A DNA stretch of 64,000 bases from positions 11,476 through 75,475 of the forward strand of contig JADZED010000050.1 in NCBI GenBank assembly GCA_020850715.1. Reading direction: 5' to 3'. The position numbers were made by a program, and so were the translations under genes. Numbering within the stretch: the stretch's first letter is position 1; each line of letters starts with the position of its first letter. Below are positions 59,072-64,000 of the stretch, one piece after another. This DNA comes from Acidobacteriota bacterium. GTDB lineage: Bacteria; Acidobacteriota; Vicinamibacteria; Vicinamibacterales; CAVVIG01. The notes beneath the pieces were generated by a model. It had not been told where the DNA came from, did not search any database, and worked only from the letters and a program-made list of their open reading frames with translations.

Positions 59072-59887
59072 GTGACGCGCATTCTCTTCATCGGCGACAT
59101 CGTGGGCAGGCCCGGGCGCGACCTGGTGCACCGCGGGCTCGCCGCGCTCGTGGCGGCGCACGATATCGATCTGGTCGTCGCCAATGTCGAGAACGCGGCG
59201 GCCGGGTTCGGCATCACGCGCGAGATCGGCGACCAGCTGCTCGATCGCGGCGTGGACGTGATGACTTCGGGCAACCACATCTGGGACAAGAAGGAAGCGC
59301 TCGAGTACATCGGCGCCGAAGCGCGGCTGCTGCGCCCGATCAACTACCCGGCGGGCGCGCCGGGCAGCGGCACCTATCTCGCGCGCACGAAGGAGAACGT
59401 CAGCGTCGGGGTCGTCAACGCCATGGGGCGCGTCTTCATGCTGAACATCGACGATCCGTTCGCGGCTGTTCCGCGCGCGGTCGAGGCGCTGCGCGCGCGG
59501 GCGCGGATCGTCTTTGTCGACTTCCACGCGGAGGCCACCTCCGAGAAGGTCGCCATGGGCTGGCACCTCGACGGCAAGGTCACCGCCGTCGTCGGCACGC
59601 ACACGCACGTGCAGACCGCCGACGAGCGCATCCTCCCGAAAGGGACGGCGTACCTGACCGACGCGGGCATGACCGGGCCGCACGATTCGGTCATCGGCGT
59701 GGAGATCGAGCCGGCGCTCGGACGCTTCCTCAACGCGCTGCCGGCGCGCTTCGACACCGCGACCGCGAACCCGCGGCTGAACGGCGTCGTCGTCGAAGCC
59801 GACGAGGAGACCGGCCGGGCGGTCGACATCGAGCGCATCAGCTACAGCCGCGACGAGATCGACGATCTGGCGGGCGCCTCGTCCTGA
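59072..59887 (+). CDS. ymdB: YmdB-family metallophosphoesterase (2',3'-cyclic-nucleotide phosphodiesterase)
   Basis: 271 aa from GTG 59072. VTRILFIGDIVGRPGR, ..ANVENAAAGFGIT.., ..MTSGNHIWDKKE.., ..VVGTHTHVQTADE... Confidence 0.85.
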   Translation: MTRILFIGDIVGRPGRDLVHRGLAALVAAHDIDLVVANVENAAAGFGITREIGDQLLDRGVDVMTSGNHIWDKKEALEYIGAEARLLRPINYPAGAPGSGTYLARTKENVSVGVVNAMGRVFMLNIDDPFAAVPRAVEALRARARIVFVDFHAEATSEKVAMGWHLDGKVTAVVGTHTHVQTADERILPKGTAYLTDAGMTGPHDSVIGVEIEPALGRFLNALPARFDTATANPRLNGVVVEADEETGRAVDIERISYSRDEIDDLAGASS

Positions 59888-59894
59888 AGGGGCC

Positions 59895-61238
59895 ATGAGC
59901 GATCTCTTCGACCTCCCCTTCGAAGACGACGCGCCGATCCCCGAGCCGGCGCCCGCGCCGGCGCCGCCAGCGCCGCGGCGGCGGGTGCTGTCGGTGACGG
60001 AGCTGACCGTCCGCGTGCGCGACTGCCTCGAGGGCGCGTTCGCGGAGGTGTGGGTCGAGGGCGAACTGTCGAATTGCCGGGTCTGGAACACCGGGCACTG
60101 CTCGTTCAGGCTCAAGGACGATGCCGCGCAGCTTGGCGGGATCCTGTACCGCTCGGCGCTGCGCTACCTGCGGTTCAAGCCGGCCGACGGCCTGCGCGTG
60201 GTCGCACGCGGACGGATCTCGGTCTACGAACCGCGCGGCGAGTACCAGATGGTCTGCGAGCACATGGAGCCACAGGGGCTCGGGGCGCTGCAGCTCGCGT
60301 TCGAGCAGTTGAAGGAGCGCCTGCAGGCCGAGGGGCTGTTCGATCCGGCGCGCAAGCGGCCGCTGCCGGCGCTGCCGCGCAAGATCGGCATCGTCACCTC
60401 GCTCGACGGCGCGGCGATTCGCGACATCATCAACGTGCTGCGCCGGCGCTACGCGAACGCTCATCTGATCGTTCGGCCGGCGCGCGTCCAGGGCGAGGGC
60501 GCGGCGGCGGAGATCGCACGGGGACTGCGGGCGATCGTTCGCGTACCGGGCGTCGACGTCGTCATTGTCGGCCGCGGTGGGGGATCGATCGAGGATCTGT
60601 GGGCGTTCAACGAAGAGCCGGTCGCCCGCGCGATCGCCCACTCGCCCGTGCCGGTCATCTCCGCGGTCGGCCACGAGACCGACGTGACGATCGCCGATTT
60701 CGTCGCCGATCTCCGGGCGCCGACGCCGTCGGCGGCCGCGGAACTGGTCGTGGCGGCGAAGGACCAGTTCTCCAGCCGGATCGATCGGCTCGGCGACAGG
60801 CTGCGCGCGGCCGCGCGACGCCGCGTGCAGATGCTCGCGCGCCGCGTCCACGCGGCCGCCGGCCGCCCGGCGTTTGCCGGCTATGCGGGGCGCCTGGCCT
60901 CGACACGGCGGCGGATGGGTGAGCTGGCGCGCCAGCTCGAGGCGTTCGGGGTCGACCGGCGGCTTGCGGCGATCCGCTCGCGGCTGGCTGCCGCCGACGG
61001 CCGGATGGCGCGGGCGGTCGCCGGGCGCCGCCACCGCGCCGCGCTGCGGCTTGGCACCAGCGTGGGCCGTCTGGAGACGCTGAGCCCGCTGGCCGTTCTC
61101 GGGCGCGGCTACGCCGTGGCCTGGAACGCCGACCGGACGCGCGTGCTGCGCGATGCCGCGGGTGTCGCCCCGGGAGACGCGCTGACGGTCACGCTCGCGA
61201 AAGGCGAGCTGGATTGCGAGGTGAGGAGGACACGGTGA
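59895..61238 (+). CDS. xseA: Exodeoxyribonuclease VII large subunit
   Basis: 447 aa. ..VWVEGELSN..GHCSFRLKD.., ..GIVTSLDGAAIRDI.. and ..VSAVGHETDVTIADFVADLRAPTPSAAAE... Confidence 0.9.
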   Translation: MSDLFDLPFEDDAPIPEPAPAPAPPAPRRRVLSVTELTVRVRDCLEGAFAEVWVEGELSNCRVWNTGHCSFRLKDDAAQLGGILYRSALRYLRFKPADGLRVVARGRISVYEPRGEYQMVCEHMEPQGLGALQLAFEQLKERLQAEGLFDPARKRPLPALPRKIGIVTSLDGAAIRDIINVLRRRYANAHLIVRPARVQGEGAAAEIARGLRAIVRVPGVDVVIVGRGGGSIEDLWAFNEEPVARAIAHSPVPVISAVGHETDVTIADFVADLRAPTPSAAAELVVAAKDQFSSRIDRLGDRLRAAARRRVQMLARRVHAAAGRPAFAGYAGRLASTRRRMGELARQLEAFGVDRRLAAIRSRLAAADGRMARAVAGRRHRAALRLGTSVGRLETLSPLAVLGRGYAVAWNADRTRVLRDAAGVAPGDALTVTLAKGELDCEVRRTR

Positions 61239-61492
61239 CAGGGCCCGCCGATACATCCATCAAGGACTTCGAAGCGGCGATCGCCGAGCTCGAAGGCGTC
61301 GTCAGGAAGCTCGAGGAAGGCGACCTGCCGCTCGAGCAGTCGCTCGCGCTCTACGAGCGCGGCGTGCAGCTGTCGCGCTTCTGCCACGCGCGGCTCGAGG
61401 ACGCCGAGCGTCGGATCGAGCTGCTCACCGAGCGGGGCAGGCTCGAGCCGGCGCCGCGCGCGCTGGCCGGTGGGGACGATGGGGGCATCTGA
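61235..61492 (+). CDS. xseB: Exodeoxyribonuclease VII small subunit
   Basis: 85 aa from GTG 61235 (GTGA overlap with the xseA stop; the ORF opens at TTG 61214). FEAAIAELEGVVRKLEEGDLPLEQSLALYERGVQL. Confidence 0.8.
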   Translation: MTGPADTSIKDFEAAIAELEGVVRKLEEGDLPLEQSLALYERGVQLSRFCHARLEDAERRIELLTERGRLEPAPRALAGGDDGGI

Positions 61493-62423
61493 GGTCCGGA
61501 CGTTCCTGGCATCCGCGCGTGCGGAGGTCGACGAGGCGCTCGAACGGTTTCTGCCGGCCCCTCCCGACTGTCCGCCGCTCATCGGCGAGGCCATGCGCTA
61601 CAGCCTGTTTGCCGGGGGCAAGCGACTCCGCCCGATCCTGACGCTCGCGGCCGCCGATGCGGTCGGCCGCACGGTCGGATCCCCCTCCGGCGCGGTGCGA
61701 GGGCTGGCGCTGCCGTCGGCGTGCGCGGTCGAGATGATCCATACCTACTCGCTGGTGCACGACGATCTGCCGGCCATGGACAACGACACGCTCCGCCGGG
61801 GGCGTCCCACGCTGCACGTCGTCTACGGCGATGGCATCGCGGTGCTCGCCGGCGATGCGCTCCAGGCGGAGGCCTTCGCCCTCCTCGCCCGCGAGCCGGC
61901 CGCCGACGACCCGGTCGTCTGCGCGCGCAAACTGCGGGCGCTCGGCGCGATCGCAGCGGCGGCGGGTGCGGCCGGCATGGTCGGCGGGCAGACGCTCGAT
62001 CTGCAGGCTGCCGGCCAGGCGCCGAACCATCCCGCCGTGCTCGATGCGGACGGCCTGCGCGGCATGCACGCGCGCAAGACCGGCGCCCTCATCGGCGCGG
62101 CCGCCGTGAGCGGCGCGATCATGGCGGGCGGCCTGGCGGCGCAGGTCGAAGCCGTCGGCCGGTACGCCGCCGATCTGGGCCTCGCCTTCCAGATCGTCGA
62201 TGACATCCTCGATGTCGAAGGCGACGCGGCGCAGCTCGGCAAGACGGCGGGCAAGGACGCCGCCGGCGGCAAGCCGACCTATCCGGCGCTGTTCGGGCTC
62301 GAAGGGTCGCGGCACATGGCGGCCCAGTGCATTCAACGCGCGAGGCAGGCGCTCGCCGACGCGCGGCTCTCGGAGGGCTGGCTGCCGGCGGTCGCTGAGT
62401 GGGTCGTGGGCCGCTCGAACTGA
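61479..62423 (+). CDS. ispA: Polyprenyl (farnesyl/geranylgeranyl) diphosphate synthase
   Basis: 314 aa from ATG 61479 (alternative GTG at 61470). First DDxxD LVHDDLPAMDNDTLRRG, second FQIVDDILD. Confidence 0.85.
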   Translation: MGASEVRTFLASARAEVDEALERFLPAPPDCPPLIGEAMRYSLFAGGKRLRPILTLAAADAVGRTVGSPSGAVRGLALPSACAVEMIHTYSLVHDDLPAMDNDTLRRGRPTLHVVYGDGIAVLAGDALQAEAFALLAREPAADDPVVCARKLRALGAIAAAAGAAGMVGGQTLDLQAAGQAPNHPAVLDADGLRGMHARKTGALIGAAAVSGAIMAGGLAAQVEAVGRYAADLGLAFQIVDDILDVEGDAAQLGKTAGKDAAGGKPTYPALFGLEGSRHMAAQCIQRARQALADARLSEGWLPAVAEWVVGRSN

Positions 62424-62469
62424 CCGATGAGGCGCCCTGCCGGCCCGCGCGTCCCCCGGAGCGGCTGAC

Positions 62470-63228
62470 GTGGCTGGCTCGAAGACGCGGCTCGATCTGC
62501 TGCTCGTGGCGCGCGGGCTTGCCGCGTCGCGCGAGCGGGCGCGCGCGCTGATCCTCGCGGGTCGCGTCAAGGTCGATGGGCAGCCGGTGTCGAAGGCGGG
62601 AGCGCCGATCCCCGCCACCGCCCGCCTCGAGCTCGTCGAGCCCGATCATCCCTACGTGGGCCGCGGCGGTGTGAAGCTCGCCCGCGCGCTCGATGATTTC
62701 CACGTCGATCCGGCGGGCCGGCGCGCGCTCGACGTCGGCGCCTCCACCGGCGGCTTCACCGACGTCCTGCTCCGCCGCGGGGCCGCCAGCGTCATCGCCC
62801 TCGACGTGGGCCGCAACCAGCTCGCCTGGGCGCTGCGCAACGATCGGCGCGTCCTCGTGCGGGAGGAGGTGAATGCGCGCGCGCTGGCCGCCGCCGACGT
62901 GCCGCACCAGGTCTCGCTCGTGACGATCGACGTCTCGTTCATCTCGCTGCGCCACATCCTGCCGGCGCTTCCGCCGTTTCTCGAGGCCGGCGCGGACGTC
63001 GTGGCGCTGGTGAAGCCGCAGTTCGAAGCCGGGCGCGGCGAGGTCGGCCCCGGCGGCATCGTCTCCGACCCCGCCGTGCAGCAGCGCACGGTGCGGGGCG
63101 TCGCCGGGGCGGCCGCCGAGATCGGCCTGGTGGAGATGGCGGCGGCGCCGGCGGCGATTACGGGGACGGCCGGCAACCAGGAGTTCTTCCTGCACCTGAG
63201 ATTCGCCCCGTCGCCGCCGACCAGGTGA
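62470..63228 (+). CDS. tlyA: TlyA-family rRNA 2'-O-methyltransferase
   Basis: 252 aa from GTG 62470. S4 domain RLDLLLVARGLAASRERARALILAGRV. SAM motif ALDVGASTGGFTDVLL. Confidence 0.85.
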   Translation: MAGSKTRLDLLLVARGLAASRERARALILAGRVKVDGQPVSKAGAPIPATARLELVEPDHPYVGRGGVKLARALDDFHVDPAGRRALDVGASTGGFTDVLLRRGAASVIALDVGRNQLAWALRNDRRVLVREEVNARALAAADVPHQVSLVTIDVSFISLRHILPALPPFLEAGADVVALVKPQFEAGRGEVGPGGIVSDPAVQQRTVRGVAGAAAEIGLVEMAAAPAAITGTAGNQEFFLHLRFAPSPPTR

Positions 63229-63354
63229 ACAGGTCCCGGGTGACGACGGAGCGGCCGCTGGCCGGTCCGTCCGGCCCTTTCGACGCGCTCGGAACGATTG
63301 CTCCCTCAGCCTCCGCGGGCGGCCGGCGTTACGACGGGCACCGGTTTTGTGGTC

Positions 63355-63360
63355 TAGTAA
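63355..63360 (+). promoter_or_regulatory. -10-like hexamer TAGTAA, 6 nt upstream of the nadK GTG (leaderless-type)
   Basis: tggtcTAGTAAgcagccGTG. Confidence 0.35.
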
Positions 63361-63366
63361 GCAGCC

Positions 63367-64000
63367 GTGATACCTGCCCGCACCGTCGGCATCGTCGCCA
63401 AGGCGCGCCTGTACGCCGCCACGCCGCATCTGGTCGAGATCGCCTCGTGGCTCGAAGCGAGAGGCATCGAGCCGGTATTCGAGACCGACACCGCCGCGCT
63501 GATGCCGGAGTCGACGTCGCGGGCGGCCGCCGGCAAGGACGCGCTGGTCGGGCGCTCGGACGTGATTGTGGTCCTCGGGGGCGACGGCACGCTGCTCAGC
63601 ATGGCCGATCGGATCGCCGCCGCCGGCGTCGCCATTCCGATTCTCGGCGTGAACTTCGGCAGCCTGGGATTCCTCACCGAGGTGACGCTGCCCGAGCTGT
63701 ACCCGGCGCTCGACGCCGCGGTGACCGGCGAGGCGCACGTCGAGGAGCGCCTGATGCTGCGCGCGTCGACCGGGCGCGCCGGCGCGCGTTTCTCCGACGA
63801 CCTGGCGCTGAACGACGTCGTCGTCACCAAGGCGGCGCGCGCGCGGATGATCGAGCTGCACGTCCACGTGGGCGACGAGTTCGTCACGCGCGTGAAGGCC
63901 GACGGCCTCATCGTCGCGACGCCGACCGGGTCGACCGCCTACAATCTCGCCGCCGGCGGGCCGATCGTGCAGCCGAATGTGGACGCGCTGGTGCTCACGC
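63367..64000 (+). CDS. nadK: NAD kinase (3' end beyond the window)
   Basis: My own translation from GTG 63367: VIPARTVGIVAKA...VIVVLGGDGTLL...GVNFGSLGFLT...ADGLIVATPTGSTAYNLAAGGPIV. Not in the ORF track because it is truncated by the window edge. Confidence 0.85.
   Translation, partial: MIPARTVGIVAKARLYAATPHLVEIASWLEARGIEPVFETDTAALMPESTSRAAAGKDALVGRSDVIVVLGGDGTLLSMADRIAAAGVAIPILGVNFGSLGFLTEVTLPELYPALDAAVTGEAHVEERLMLRASTGRAGARFSDDLALNDVVVTKAARARMIELHVHVGDEFVTRVKADGLIVATPTGSTAYNLAAGGPIVQPNVDALVLT

Noticed and set aside
61214-61234. TTG at 61214 as the xseB start (ORF-track start).
   Set aside because: GTG at 61235 forms the GTGA overlap with the xseA stop that is used repeatedly in this window, and it gives a normal-length XseB. 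The upstream 7 codons lie inside xseA.

Overview
High-GC window (by eye about 70% G+C, not computed) from the chromosome of a diderm bacterium. The gene content suggests an Acidobacteriota/Gemmatimonadota-like soil organism: a fused MFS/spermidine-synthase protein, many secreted M28/M16/M49/M10 peptidases, and lipid A genes. The taxon cannot be proven from the sequence. I call about 59 protein-coding genes, chosen from the ORF track by recognisable motifs, signal peptides, SD/start context and start/stop overlaps. Most of the very long Arg/Ala/Gly/Pro-rich ORFs in the track are off-frame or antisense shadows typical of high-GC DNA. I saw no rRNA, tRNA, CRISPR array, intact mobile element or recognisable phage-defence cassette.

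Main blocks:
- RND efflux operon (MFP-RND-OMF) lying divergent to a WYL-domain regulator, followed by a HAD hydrolase and an MsbA-like ABC exporter.
- A small A/T-richer islet with an ISAzo13-type transposase remnant.
- Periplasmic thiol-oxidoreductase genes.
- A bacterial eRF1/Vms1-like (baeRF) gene.
- typA, then a queG-algH block and acnA.
- A roughly 10-kb tightly coupled outer-membrane operon that embeds lpxD and lpxB among M16 peptidases, a matrixin and beta-barrel proteins.
- ydjM-like plus nfo; AMMECR1 plus Memo; gatCA followed by a zincin peptidase/ATP-grasp pair.
- dnaK-hsp20, then an rpoZ-like gene with two tiny membrane proteins.
- ymdB-xseAB-ispA-tlyA-nadK.

Observations most worth a second look:
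1. The baeRF protein with a displaced GGQ-type loop.
2. The lipid A/protease supra-operon, including a propeptide-less matrixin preceded by a possible OB/TIMP-like partner.
3. The peptidase/ATP-grasp pair fused onto the gatCA operon.
4. A recurrent TANNNT -10 box only 5-8 nt upstream of start codons, suggesting widespread leaderless mRNAs.
5. A 7-nt tandem repeat tract at the left edge.

All functional calls rest on remembered family motifs. No database search was run.
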